Shown here one piece after another: positions 32,684 through 42,567 of a stretch of 64,000 bases of DNA (positions within the stretch are counted from its first letter, which is position 1; each line of letters starts with the position of its first letter). A model generated the notes under the pieces. The model saw only the letters and a program-made list of their open reading frames with translations. It was not told the DNA's origin and did no database searches. Origin of the DNA: Flavobacteriales bacterium (GTDB lineage Bacteria; Bacteroidota; Bacteroidia; Flavobacteriales_F; PHOS-HE28); contig JAEUSV010000165.1 in the NCBI GenBank assembly GCA_016788485.1, forward strand, positions 15,205 through 79,204, read 5' to 3'. The translations under genes were made by a program, and so were the position numbers.

Positions 32684-34564
32684 ATGCGCGCCCTGCTTGC
32701 GCTGAACCCGTATTTCGCACGCTACCGCTGGCACCTGCTGCTGGGCGTACTTTTCGTGGCGCTCAGCAGCCTCTTCAGCGTGGTGGCGCCGCAGGTGGTG
32801 CGCGGGGCCTTCGACCTCATCGCCACCGGAGTGTCGCAACGCGAGGTGCCCGCGGCCGAACGCCGGCTCGTTGTGCCCGAACAGCTCAACGACTGGCTCG
32901 GGTGGACGGGCCTCGACCTGCAGGCGTGGGCCGCGGGGCCGCTCGATGACGAGGCCCTCGCCGGCAAGGTGATGGCCTTCGCCGCGCTCTACGCCGGGGT
33001 GTTCATCGCCTTCACCCTGCTGCAGGGCTTCTTCATGTTCCTCATGCGGCAGACCATCATCGTGATGAGCCGCCTGGTGGAGTATGACCTGAAGAACGAT
33101 GTGTTCGCCCACTACCAGCGGCTCGACCGCGCCTTCTACAAGCGCAACAGCACCGGCGACCTCATGAACCGCATCAGCGAGGACGTGGGCAAGGTGCGCA
33201 TGTACGTGGGACCGGCGGTGATGTACATCCTGCAGATGATCGTCACCACCGTGATGACCGTGTGGGTGATGGTGCACGTGAACGGCGAGCTCACCCTGTA
33301 CAGCCTGCTGCCCCTGCCCCTGCTCTCGGTGGTGATCTACTACGTGAGCGACATCATCAACAAGCGCAGCCTTGCGGTGCAGCAGCAGCAGAGCCGCCTG
33401 AGCACATTGGCGCAGGAGAGCTTCAGCGGGGTGCGGGTGCTGAAGGCCTACGCCAAGGAAGGCATGGCCGCCGACCGGTTCAAGCAGGCCGCCGCGGATT
33501 ACCGCCGCAGCAGCCTGGACCAGGCCCGGGTCGACAGCCTGTTCATGCCCGCCATGATGCTGCTGATCGGCCTGAGCACGGTGCTGGTGATCTTCATCGG
33601 CGGCCTCATGCTCATGCGCGGCGACAGCGGCATCAGCGTGGGCAACCTCGCCGAGTTCACCCTGTACGTGCAGAAGCTCACCTGGCCCTTCGCCAGCCTG
33701 GGCTGGATCACCAGCCAGGTGCAGCAGGCCGCGGCCAGCATGGCCCGGGTGAACGAGTTCCTCGACACGCGTCCCGAGGTAGTGAGCGAGGGCGATGAGC
33801 TGCCCGCGATCCAGGGCGCCATCACCTTCGACCGTGTGCGCTTCACCTACCCCGACACGGGCATCACCGCGCTCGATGGCGTCTCCTTCCACGTGCCCGC
33901 GGGAAGCACGCTGGCCATCGTGGGGCACACCGGCAGCGGCAAGAGCACCATCGCCGACCTCATCGGGCGGCAGTACGATGCCACCAGCGGCGAGGTGCGC
34001 ATCGACGGCGTCCCCATCCGCCGGATCGCGCTGCACAAGCTGCGCGGCCAATTGGGCTTCGTACCGCAGGACGTGTTCCTGTTCAGCGACAGCATCCGCA
34101 ACAACATCGCCTTCAGCCTCGATGCCATGGACCAGGGGCGCGTGGAGCAGGCCGCACGCACAGCCCAGGTGCACGCGAACATCCTGGGGTTCCCGCAGGG
34201 CTACGACACCCTGCTGGGCGAGCGCGGCGTCACCCTCAGCGGTGGGCAGAAGCAACGCGTGAGCATCGCCCGGGCCATCATCCGCGCGCCGCGGATCCTG
34301 GTGTTCGACGACCCCCTGAGCGCGGTCGACACCGCCACGGAGGAGGCCATTCTGCGCGACCTGCGCCACGTGATGCAGGGGCGCACCACCGTGATCATCA
34401 GCCACCGCATCAGCGCCGTGAAGGACGCCGACCACATCCTGGTGCTGGAGCACGGGCGTGTGGTGGAGGAAGGGCGCCATTCGGAGCTCATCGCCCGCGG
34501 CGGGCATTACGCCCGGCTGCACGAGGAGCAGCTGCTGGAGGAAGCGCGTCCCGCAAAGGGCTGA
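32684..34564 (+). CDS. ABC transporter, fused permease/ATP-binding protein (MsbA-like exporter)
   Basis: 626 aa. Six N-terminal TM segments. Walker A GHTGSGKST, signature LSGGQKQR, Walker B ILVFDDPLSAVD. Confidence 0.92.
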   Translation: MRALLALNPYFARYRWHLLLGVLFVALSSLFSVVAPQVVRGAFDLIATGVSQREVPAAERRLVVPEQLNDWLGWTGLDLQAWAAGPLDDEALAGKVMAFAALYAGVFIAFTLLQGFFMFLMRQTIIVMSRLVEYDLKNDVFAHYQRLDRAFYKRNSTGDLMNRISEDVGKVRMYVGPAVMYILQMIVTTVMTVWVMVHVNGELTLYSLLPLPLLSVVIYYVSDIINKRSLAVQQQQSRLSTLAQESFSGVRVLKAYAKEGMAADRFKQAAADYRRSSLDQARVDSLFMPAMMLLIGLSTVLVIFIGGLMLMRGDSGISVGNLAEFTLYVQKLTWPFASLGWITSQVQQAAASMARVNEFLDTRPEVVSEGDELPAIQGAITFDRVRFTYPDTGITALDGVSFHVPAGSTLAIVGHTGSGKSTIADLIGRQYDATSGEVRIDGVPIRRIALHKLRGQLGFVPQDVFLFSDSIRNNIAFSLDAMDQGRVEQAARTAQVHANILGFPQGYDTLLGERGVTLSGGQKQRVSIARAIIRAPRILVFDDPLSAVDTATEEAILRDLRHVMQGRTTVIISHRISAVKDADHILVLEHGRVVEEGRHSELIARGGHYARLHEEQLLEEARPAKG

Positions 34565-34586
34565 CCCGACCGTTCCCCCCATTTCC

Positions 34587-34616
34587 TTGGCCATCCGGGG
34601 TATCCTGCTATATTTG
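34587..34616 (+). promoter_or_regulatory. Candidate Bacteroidota sigma-A promoter (-33 TTG / -7 TATATTTG)
   Basis: TTG at 34587..34589, a 19-nt spacer, then TATATTTG at 34609..34616. It lies 31 nt upstream of the DUF3276 gene ATG and in a locally AT-richer stretch. Confidence 0.45.
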
Positions 34617-34647
34617 ATTCAGGAAGAGACCTTTACCCGACCCCAAC

Positions 34648-35010
34648 ATGGCCGACGATCGCGAGGATGTGTACTCGAAAGCCGTACGTGCAGGCAAGCG
34701 CACCTACTTCTTCGATGTGAAGAGCACGCGGGGACGGGACCTGTACCTCACCATCACCGAGAGCAAGAAGCACACGCACGAGGACGGGACGGCCACCTAC
34801 GAGAAGCACAAGATCTTCCTGTACAAGGAGGACTTCGAGAAGTTCCTGGACGGTTTCAAGGACGCCGTGGCCGAGATCGACCGGTTGAAAGCCGGTGGTG
34901 AGTACATGCGCGACGAGCCCCGGCGCGAGGAAGGGGCCGGCGAGGGCGGCACCCCTTCGGGTTCCACCTCGTTCACCGACGTCGATTTCGACGACCTCGA
35001 CAAGAAGTAG
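34648..35010 (+). CDS. PUR-alpha-like DNA/RNA-binding protein (DUF3276 family)
   Basis: VYSKAVRAGKRTYFFDVKSTRGRDLYLTITESKK is the characteristic DUF3276/PUR repeat. Acidic C-terminal tail. Confidence 0.8.
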   Translation: MADDREDVYSKAVRAGKRTYFFDVKSTRGRDLYLTITESKKHTHEDGTATYEKHKIFLYKEDFEKFLDGFKDAVAEIDRLKAGGEYMRDEPRREEGAGEGGTPSGSTSFTDVDFDDLDKK

Positions 35011-35019
35011 AGGACCGGC

Positions 35020-35547
35020 TCAACGCTTGGCCAGCAGGGCGACCAGGTCGTTCAGCTGGCGGATCGCCCGTTCATCGGTGATGGCGCCGTTGGCATCGAG
35101 CAGCCGGTCCACGCTGCTGAGCTTGGGCTTCAGCCACAGCACGTCCACCCGCAGGTAGTTGAGGATCGCCTGGAAGTGGTCGAGGCCGCGCAGGTTGCCC
35201 GCGTGGCCATCGCTCACCCCAACCAGTGCGGCCTGCTTGCCGTGGAAGCGCCGGGGCGGTATGGCGTCGATGAACAGCTTAAGCATGCCCGGGAAACCAC
35301 CATTGTACTCGGGGATCACGAACAGCAGCTTGTCGTACGGGTCGATGTGGCGCGCGATCACCGCCTGCATCACCGGGCTCTCCTTGCCGTAGAGGCCGAG
35401 CTGGTCCAGGTCGCGCGGCAGGTGCCTCAGGTCCAGCACGTCGCTGGCGATGCCCTTCTCCTCCAACATCACCCGGATGGCGTTCGCGACCTGCGCGGTG
35501 CGGCTGCCCTCCCGGTCGGTGCCGCTGATAATGCTGATGCCTGACAT
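35020..35547 (-). CDS. NADPH-dependent FMN reductase family protein
   Basis: The track start at 35559 is TTG, so I prefer ATG 35547 (MSGISIISGTDREGSRT). Contains the PEYNGGFPGMLKLFIDA motif. Confidence 0.8.
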   Translation of the reverse strand: MSGISIISGTDREGSRTAQVANAIRVMLEEKGIASDVLDLRHLPRDLDQLGLYGKESPVMQAVIARHIDPYDKLLFVIPEYNGGFPGMLKLFIDAIPPRRFHGKQAALVGVSDGHAGNLRGLDHFQAILNYLRVDVLWLKPKLSSVDRLLDANGAITDERAIRQLNDLVALLAKR

Positions 35548-35659
35548 ATCGGTGTTCAAAAGTCGCAGCTTTTTTCAACAGCGTGCATCGGAAGGCCGAT
35601 CCTACTTTAGCCGCCGTTCGAAAACGTTGACCCAACGCTTTTTCGACCACCCAGCGGAC

Positions 35660-36337
35660 ATGCGCATCACCTACTACGGACACAGCTGCATCGGCGTAGC
35701 AACAGGCGGACAGCACCTGTTGTTCGACCCGTTCATCAGCGGCAACCCGCAGGCGAAGCACATCGACATCGGCGGCATCACGGCCACGCACATCCTCATC
35801 ACCCACGGCCACGGCGACCACGTGCTCGACGCCGAGGCCATCGCCAAGCGCACCGGCGCCCCCATCATCACCAACTACGAGATCGCCTGCTGGTTCGAGG
35901 CCAAGGGCGTTCCGCAGGCGGTGGGCATGAACACCGGGGGGCAGAAGGACTTCGGTGGGTTCAGCGTGAAGCTCACCGGCGCCCGGCACAGCAGCCAGCT
36001 GCCCGACGGCAGCTACGGTGGCAATCCCAACGGCTTCGTGGTCAACACCGCCGAAGGCACTTTCCACCACGCCGGCGACACGGGCCTCACGCTCGACATG
36101 CAGCTGCTGAGGCGCCACCGGCTGAAGTTCGCCTGCCTGCCCATCGGCGACCACTTCACCATGGGCTACGCCGATGCCGTGGAGGCCGCGGAGTACATGG
36201 ACGTGCGCACCGTGATCGGCATCCACTACGACACCTTCCCTCCCATCGCCCTGGACCACGCCGCCGCCACCGAGGCCTTCCGCAAGGCCGGCAAGGAGCT
36301 GCTGCTGCCTGCCATCGGCGAGACCATTGAACTATGA
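35660..36337 (+). CDS. Metal-dependent hydrolase, beta-lactamase fold (UPF0173-like)
   Basis: Trimmed to MRITYYGHSCIGV at 35660. Metal motif HILITHGHGDH. Confidence 0.85.
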   Translation: MRITYYGHSCIGVATGGQHLLFDPFISGNPQAKHIDIGGITATHILITHGHGDHVLDAEAIAKRTGAPIITNYEIACWFEAKGVPQAVGMNTGGQKDFGGFSVKLTGARHSSQLPDGSYGGNPNGFVVNTAEGTFHHAGDTGLTLDMQLLRRHRLKFACLPIGDHFTMGYADAVEAAEYMDVRTVIGIHYDTFPPIALDHAAATEAFRKAGKELLLPAIGETIEL

Positions 36338-36377
36338 AGCGTACGGGCGCATCCTGATGCGTCCCAAAACAAGCACC

Positions 36378-37193
36378 ATGGCCAAGATCATCTCCATCGT
36401 GAACCAGAAGGGCGGCGTGGGCAAGACCACCACCGCCATCAACCTCAGCGCCTGCTTCGGGGCGCTCGAGCGCCGCACCCTGCTGGTCGATGCCGACCCG
36501 CAGGCCAATGCCACCAGCGGCGTGGGCTATGACCCGCGCAACGTGAAGGCCAGCATCTACGAGTGCATCATCAACGGCACGCCGGCGCAGGAGGTGATCC
36601 TCAAGACCGACAACCCCGGCCTCGACCTGCTGCCCGGCCACATCGACCTGGTGGGCGCCGAGATCGAGATGATCGACATGCCCGAGCGCGAGCGGCAGAT
36701 GAAGAAGGTGCTGGAGCCCCTGCGCGACCAGTACGACCTCATCATCATCGACTGCAGCCCCAGCCTGGGCCTGGTGACGGTGAACAGCCTCACCGCCAGC
36801 GACAGCGTGATCGTGCCCGTGCAGTGCGAATATTTCGCGCTCGAGGGCCTGGGCAAGCTGCTCAACACCATCAAGATCGTGCAGCAGCGGCTCAACCCCG
36901 AGCTCAGCATCGAGGGCATGCTGCTCACCATGTACGACAGCCGCCTGCGCCTGGCGAACCAGGTGGTGGACGAGGTGAAGACCCACTTCCAGCAGCTGGT
37001 GTTCGACACCGTGATCCACCGCAACGTGGCGCTGGGCGAGGCGCCGAGCCACGGGCAGACCATCATCATGCACGACGCCACCAGCAAGGGAGCGGTGAAC
37101 TACCTGAACCTCGCGCGGGAGATCCTGCAGAAGAACGACATGACGCGCATTCCCGACAGCGAGCGCACCATCCCCATCGAACAGGAACAATGA
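36378..37193 (+). CDS. parA: Chromosome partitioning ATPase ParA
   Basis: Trimmed to [23 protein letters not shown] at 36378 (deviant Walker A). Confidence 0.93.
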   Translation: MAKIISIVNQKGGVGKTTTAINLSACFGALERRTLLVDADPQANATSGVGYDPRNVKASIYECIINGTPAQEVILKTDNPGLDLLPGHIDLVGAEIEMIDMPERERQMKKVLEPLRDQYDLIIIDCSPSLGLVTVNSLTASDSVIVPVQCEYFALEGLGKLLNTIKIVQQRLNPELSIEGMLLTMYDSRLRLANQVVDEVKTHFQQLVFDTVIHRNVALGEAPSHGQTIIMHDATSKGAVNYLNLAREILQKNDMTRIPDSERTIPIEQEQ

Positions 37194-38083
37194 CCAAGAA
37201 GAAAGGGCTCGGGCGCGGGTTGAGCGCCCTGTTGGAGGACCCGGGCACCGACATCACCACGCCCGCCACGACCGGTGGCGAGGCCGCTCCCTCACGCACC
37301 GCTGGATCGGTGGCCGCCATCCCTGTGGCGCAGATCGAGCCCAACCCCTTCCAGCCCCGCACCACCTTCGCCAAGGAGGCGCTGGTGGAGCTGGCACAGA
37401 GCATCCGCGAGCTGGGCGTGATCCAGCCCGTGACCGTGCGCAAGCTCGGCTACGACAAGTACCAGCTGATCAGCGGTGAGCGCCGCTTCCGCGCCAGCCA
37501 GGCCGCGGGCCTCACCGAGATCCCCGCCTACATCCGCATCGCCAACGACGAGGCCATGCTGGAGATGGCCCTGGTGGAGAACATCCAGCGCGAGGACCTC
37601 GACGCCATCGAGGTGGCCATCAGCTTCAAGCGCCTGCTCGACGAGGTGAACCTGACCCAGGAGCAGCTCAGCGAGAAGGTCGGCAAGGACCGCACCACCG
37701 TCACCAACTACCTGCGCCTGCTGCGCCTGCCGGCCGAGATCCAGCTGGGCATCCGCCAGAAGCAGATCGGCATGGGCCACGCCCGCGCCCTGCTCGGCGT
37801 GGTGGACCCGCAGCGCCAGCTCGACCTGTACCACCAGATCATCCAGAGCCAGTTGAGCGTGCGCGCCGTGGAGGACCTGGCCCGCAGCGGCAACCCCGTG
37901 GTGAAGGTGCCCGCCGGCGCCAAGCTCAGCGCCGCACCGTTCAAGCAGCTCAGCAAGGACCTCGGCTCGCACTTCGGCACCCGCGTGGTGGTGAAGGGCA
38001 ACAGCGCCGGCAAGGGCCGCATCGAGATCGCCTTCAAGAACGCCGACGAACTGGAGCGCATCAAGGCCCTGCTGGCGCGGTAA
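37190..38083 (+). CDS. parB: Chromosome partitioning protein ParB
   Basis: ATG 37190 overlaps the parA TGA. Contains [15 protein letters not shown] and the ParB box IQPVTVRKLGYDKYQLISGERRFRAS. Confidence 0.93.
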   Translation: MTKKKGLGRGLSALLEDPGTDITTPATTGGEAAPSRTAGSVAAIPVAQIEPNPFQPRTTFAKEALVELAQSIRELGVIQPVTVRKLGYDKYQLISGERRFRASQAAGLTEIPAYIRIANDEAMLEMALVENIQREDLDAIEVAISFKRLLDEVNLTQEQLSEKVGKDRTTVTNYLRLLRLPAEIQLGIRQKQIGMGHARALLGVVDPQRQLDLYHQIIQSQLSVRAVEDLARSGNPVVKVPAGAKLSAAPFKQLSKDLGSHFGTRVVVKGNSAGKGRIEIAFKNADELERIKALLAR

Positions 38084-38101
38084 TTGCGGAGCCCGTCCGC
38101 C

Positions 38102-38656
38102 ATGCGCCTCCACCTCCTGCTCCCGCTGCTGGCCCTGGGGCTTGCCGCCCCGGCGCAGGACACCACGGCCGTGGCACTTGACACCGCCGGCGCACGTCCC
38201 GACTGGCGCCTGCACCACAGCCCCAAGCGCGCCGCCCTGTACTCGGCCCTGCTGCCGGGCTCGGGGCAGATCTACAACCGCCGGTACTGGAAGGCCCCCA
38301 TCGTGTGGGGCGCCATCGGCGTGAGCTTCTACTTCGTGCGGGAGAACACCGCGCAGTACAAGCGCTACACCGATGCCTACGTGGCCCTGGTGGACGGCGA
38401 CCCCGCCACCACCGACGAGTTCAACGGGGCCTACACCGCCGACGCGGTGCTCGACGTGGCCGAGACCTATCGCCGTTGGCGCGACTGGAGCTACATCGCC
38501 CTGGCCACCTCCTACATCCTCAACATCATGGACGCCTCGGTCGACGCGCATTTCACCCGCTTCGACGTGGGCCGCGACCTCAGCCTGCAGGTCCTTCCCT
38601 ACGCCCCGCTGACCGCCCGTGGAAGCGTGGGGCTGAGCCTTACGGCAACCTTCTAA
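38102..38656 (+). CDS. DUF5683 domain protein
   Basis: The track start at 38084 is TTG, so I prefer ATG 38102 (MRLHLLLPLLALGLAAPAQ). The SALLPGSGQIYNRRYWKAPIVW motif matches the family. The position after parB is conserved in Bacteroidota. Confidence 0.75.
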   Translation: MRLHLLLPLLALGLAAPAQDTTAVALDTAGARPDWRLHHSPKRAALYSALLPGSGQIYNRRYWKAPIVWGAIGVSFYFVRENTAQYKRYTDAYVALVDGDPATTDEFNGAYTADAVLDVAETYRRWRDWSYIALATSYILNIMDASVDAHFTRFDVGRDLSLQVLPYAPLTARGSVGLSLTATF

Positions 38657-38679
38657 CTTCGGCGCCGCTCGCGCACACC

Positions 38680-39396
38680 ATGAGGATCGCCCTGTACGGA
38701 ACCGGCAAGATGGGCCGCGCCATCGAGGAGGTGGCCGTGAAGCGCGGGCATGCCATCGGGCTGAAGGTGAGCTCCGCCAACGCGGGCACCGCCCCCACCA
38801 GCATGGACGTGGCCATCGAGTTCAGCCGACCCGAACAGGCCTTGCCCAACATGCGGCTCTGCCTGGAGACCGGCGTGCCCGTGGTGGTGGGCACCACCGG
38901 CTGGTACGACCACCTCAACGAGGTGAAAGCGCTGGTGGAACGAACAGATGGTACGCTGCTGTGGGCCAGCAACTTCAGCATCGGCGTCAACCTCTTCTTC
39001 CAACTGAACCGCCAGCTCGCCGCGCTCATGGACCCGCAGGCGGGCTACAGCGTGCGGATCGACGAGGTTCACCACGTGCACAAGCTCGATGCGCCCAGCG
39101 GAACAGCCATCACCCTGGCCCGCGACATCGATCTGTCCACGCAGCGCTTCAGCGGGTGGACCAAGGCCGGGCACGAGGCGCAGGCCGCCCAAGGCGCCGT
39201 GCCCATCGCCAGCGAGCGCGTGGGCGAGGTGCCGGGCAAGCACAGCATCACCTGGACCAGCGCCGAGGACCGCATCACCATCACCCACGATGCCTTCGGG
39301 CGCATGGGCTTCGCCACCGGCGCCGTGGTGGCCGCCGAGTGGCTGCACGGCCGCAAGGGGCTGTTCACCATGGCGGATGTGCTTCACCTGCGTTGA
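38680..39396 (+). CDS. dapB: 4-hydroxy-tetrahydrodipicolinate reductase
   Basis: Trimmed to MRIALYGTGKMGRAI at 38680. Signature EVHHVHKLDAPSGTA. Confidence 0.92.
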   Translation: MRIALYGTGKMGRAIEEVAVKRGHAIGLKVSSANAGTAPTSMDVAIEFSRPEQALPNMRLCLETGVPVVVGTTGWYDHLNEVKALVERTDGTLLWASNFSIGVNLFFQLNRQLAALMDPQAGYSVRIDEVHHVHKLDAPSGTAITLARDIDLSTQRFSGWTKAGHEAQAAQGAVPIASERVGEVPGKHSITWTSAEDRITITHDAFGRMGFATGAVVAAEWLHGRKGLFTMADVLHLR

Positions 39397-39448
39397 CCGT
39401 TCCCGGACCGCATCGAACTTCCACCCAGATCAACTTCCAACCGCTTCC

Positions 39449-41005
39449 ATGATCGCCTGGCTCCTGCTTCTGCTGTACGTCGCTGTGCTGTTCGCCTGCC
39501 TGTGGAAGCTCTTCGAGCGGGCCGGTCGCAAGGCGTGGGAGGGCTTCGTGCCCGGCTACAACCTGTGGGTGTGGCTGAAGATCACCGGCAAGCCCTGGTA
39601 CTGGCTGCTGCTGATGCTGGTGCCCGGCATCAACCTGCTGGTGCTCATCATCCTCAACGTGAACCTGAGCATCGTGTTCGGCGAGCGCGAGCTCAAGCAG
39701 CACGTGAAGATGGTCTTCCTGCCCTGGGCGGCGATCCCCCAGCTGGCCTACCGCTCCAAGGCGGCCTATGCGGGTCCCATCCCCCACGGCAAGCACCAAC
39801 GCGGCATGCTGGGCCAATGGGGAGACGCCATCCTCTTCGCGGTGATCGTGGCCACCACCTTCCGCGTGTTCACCTTCGAGGCCTTCACCATCCCCACCGA
39901 GTCGATGGAGAAGAGCCTGCTGGTGGGCGACTACCTCTTCGTGAGCAAGCTGAGCTACGGGCCGCGCATGCCCATGACGCCCATCACCTTCCCCTTCACG
40001 CACCACACCCTGCCCCTCACCGAGAAGACCCCCTCGTTCACCAACTGGTTCAGCCAGCCCTACCGCCGCCTGCCCGGCTTCGGCTCACCCCAGCGCGGCG
40101 ACGCGGTGGTGTTCAACTTCCCCGAGGGTGACACCGTGGTGGCGAACTACCAGAACATGAGTTATTACCAGCTGGCGCGCAGCTTCGACCGCAACGACAT
40201 CCTGAAGGGCTACTTCCGGGTGACCGATGAGAGCGGACGCAAGCGCCGCATCGACACCGGTGGCCTGCTCATCCGTCCGCTCGACAAGAAGGAGAACTAC
40301 ATCAAGCGCTGCGTGGCGGTGGCTGGCGACTCGCTCGAAGTGCGCGACGGCATGGTCCACGTGAACGGTGAGGCCCAGCCCCTGCGCGAGACCGGCCAGT
40401 ACGCCTACGGGTTCAGCCTGAGCGGCGTGTTCAACAAGAAGACGCTGAAGGAGACTATGGACATCACCACCACCGACGTGACGGAGCGGGGTGACACGGC
40501 CGAGATCCCCCTCACCGCCGCCAACGCCGCGAAGCTCAAGGGCTTCTCCAACGTGAAGGCCATGACGCGGCAGAACAAGCCGCGCGGCAGCTACGGCGCC
40601 AAGGACGGCTGGCCCATCTTCCCGAACGACCCCCGCTACGACTGGAGCGAGGACAACTTCGGCCCCATCTGGGTGCCCAAGGCCGGCGCCACCGTGCAGC
40701 TCACCCTGCAGAACCTGCCGCTGTACCGCAGGGCCATCGAGGTGTACGAGCACAACACGCTCGAGGTGAAGGACGGCGCCATCTGGATCAACGGCGCCAA
40801 GGCCACCAGCTACACCTTCCAGCAGGACTACTACTGGATGATGGGCGACAACCGCCACCGCTCGCAGGACAGCCGCTACTGGGGTTTCGTGCCGCACGAC
40901 CACGTGGTGGGCAAGGCGGTGCTCGTGTGGCTCACCGTGGACAAGGAGAACGGTGGCTTCCCCTTCGGCATCCGCTGGAAGCGTCTGTTCTCGCTGGTGA
41001 AGTAG
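39449..41005 (+). CDS. lepB: Signal peptidase I with N-terminal membrane extension
   Basis: Trimmed to MIAWLLLLLYVAV at 39449. S26 Ser box IPTESMEKSL, Lys box NYIKRCVAVAGD and GDNRHRSQDSRYWGFVP. The first ~100 aa (WKLFERAGRKAWEGFVPGYNLWVWLKITGKPWYW) form an extra membrane module. Confidence 0.9.
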   Translation: MIAWLLLLLYVAVLFACLWKLFERAGRKAWEGFVPGYNLWVWLKITGKPWYWLLLMLVPGINLLVLIILNVNLSIVFGERELKQHVKMVFLPWAAIPQLAYRSKAAYAGPIPHGKHQRGMLGQWGDAILFAVIVATTFRVFTFEAFTIPTESMEKSLLVGDYLFVSKLSYGPRMPMTPITFPFTHHTLPLTEKTPSFTNWFSQPYRRLPGFGSPQRGDAVVFNFPEGDTVVANYQNMSYYQLARSFDRNDILKGYFRVTDESGRKRRIDTGGLLIRPLDKKENYIKRCVAVAGDSLEVRDGMVHVNGEAQPLRETGQYAYGFSLSGVFNKKTLKETMDITTTDVTERGDTAEIPLTAANAAKLKGFSNVKAMTRQNKPRGSYGAKDGWPIFPNDPRYDWSEDNFGPIWVPKAGATVQLTLQNLPLYRRAIEVYEHNTLEVKDGAIWINGAKATSYTFQQDYYWMMGDNRHRSQDSRYWGFVPHDHVVGKAVLVWLTVDKENGGFPFGIRWKRLFSLVK

Positions 41006-41125
41006 GAGAAAGCTGTGGCATCCCTTCGTTGCGTGAAGGGTCCAGTAATGATCGGCGAGTGAACGATCGTTCATGCCGACCCGCCACTCGTTACTCGCCA
41101 CTCGTGCTTAGTTTCCGCCTTGAGG

Positions 41126-42055
41126 ATGGACCGCCTGAAGAAGCTGCTCACCAACGACTGGTTCCGCGCGGGGCTGGTGGCCGTTGGGCTACTGGTGCTG
41201 CTTCACTTCTTCGTGCTGCGCTGGGTGACGGTGCGGAGCACCAGCATGTACGCCACGCTGTACCCCGGCGACCTGGTGGGCGTGGCGCGATGGCCCGTGT
41301 GGACCGGCTTCGTGCGTGGGGATATCGCCGTGTTCCGCGACCCGCTGCAGGACCGCAAGGCCTTCGAGCGGCGGCAGCTGCTGGTGAAGCGCATCGTGGG
41401 GCTGCCGGGCGATGTGATCGAGCTGCGCAACGGTGTGCTCCTGGTGAACGGTGAACGGGTGCACTATGCCAACGAGACGCACAGCTACCTCGTGCGCCTG
41501 CGGAAAGGCACGGACCCCACCGCCGTGCTCCGCGACCTGGGCCTGCCCCCCGCCTTCGTGCCGCCCGGCCGCGGTTTCATCGAGCTCCCCCTCAACGAGG
41601 CCATGGCAGACAGCATTGTGGAGCGCACCGACGTGGTGAGCGCCGAACGCATGAGCTCCGCCACCGGTGCCCCGCGCCACATCTTCCCCTTCAGCCCCTT
41701 CTTCCGCTGGAACAGCGACGACTATGGTCCGCTGCAGGTGCCCGCCAGGGGCGACACCGTGCGCATCGACGACACCACCATCCCCTTGTACGACCGCATC
41801 ATCAGCCGGTACGAGGGCAACAAGCTAGAGCACGACGGACGGCGGTTGTTGCTGGAGGGCAAGCCCCTGGAGCGCTACATCATCACCAAGGACTACTACT
41901 TCGTGCTCGGCGACAGCCGCCACTACAGCGCCGACAGCCGCTACTGGGGTTTCGTGCCCGCCGACCACCTGGTGGGCAGGGCCGGCTTCGTGCTCGTGTC
42001 GCAGGACCCGGACAACGGCGTCATCCGCCGAGGAAGGGTGTTCAAGGGCCTGTGA
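41126..42055 (+). CDS. lepB: Signal peptidase I, second paralog
   Basis: The track start at 41120 is TTG, so I prefer ATG 41126 (MDRLKKLL). Ser box VRSTSMYATL, Lys box LLVKRIVGLPGD, GDSRHYSADSRYWGFVP. Confidence 0.85.
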   Translation: MDRLKKLLTNDWFRAGLVAVGLLVLLHFFVLRWVTVRSTSMYATLYPGDLVGVARWPVWTGFVRGDIAVFRDPLQDRKAFERRQLLVKRIVGLPGDVIELRNGVLLVNGERVHYANETHSYLVRLRKGTDPTAVLRDLGLPPAFVPPGRGFIELPLNEAMADSIVERTDVVSAERMSSATGAPRHIFPFSPFFRWNSDDYGPLQVPARGDTVRIDDTTIPLYDRIISRYEGNKLEHDGRRLLLEGKPLERYIITKDYYFVLGDSRHYSADSRYWGFVPADHLVGRAGFVLVSQDPDNGVIRRGRVFKGL

Positions 42056-42075
42056 GCGCGGGTTACTTTCGCCCC

Positions 42076-42567
42076 ATGTCCCTGCTGCGAAGCTCCCTGA
42101 TGGTGTGCATGGTGGTGCTGCTGGTCGCTTGTGCCGGCGAGCAGGACCCGTGCAAGTCCTTCTTCGAGCCCTACCCCGACCTGGCCTCCGCGCGCTACCG
42201 CACCGAGCGGAACGCCGCGTTCCTCGATGGCATGGCCGCATACTCCCGCGGCGACTACGCGGGCGCCATACAGCCGCTGAAGCTCCATGTGGAGAACCGG
42301 CGCGACGACGATGCGGCACGGATCTACCTGGCCTGCGCCTACCTCGCCACCGGCAAGCCTTATGACGCCGAGCTACAGCTCGACTTCCTGGAGAAGAGCA
42401 CGCGCCCCGGATTCCGTGATCAAGTGGACTGGTACAACGCCCTCTGCTGGACATGCAGCGGGCAATACGGGCGGGCGCTGGAGCAGTGCGACAAGATCCT
42501 GGCCGCGAAGGCGCACACCTACACGGCCGAGGCCGCGCGCTTGAAGGAGGCGCTCCAAGGACGGTGA
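42076..42567 (+). CDS. Hypothetical TPR-like lipoprotein
   Basis: ATG 42076 (MSLLRSSLMVCMVVLLVACAGEQ, lipobox). Helical-repeat composition. The stop overlaps the GTG start of the NUDIX gene. Confidence 0.55.
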   Translation: MSLLRSSLMVCMVVLLVACAGEQDPCKSFFEPYPDLASARYRTERNAAFLDGMAAYSRGDYAGAIQPLKLHVENRRDDDAARIYLACAYLATGKPYDAELQLDFLEKSTRPGFRDQVDWYNALCWTCSGQYGRALEQCDKILAAKAHTYTAEAARLKEALQGR

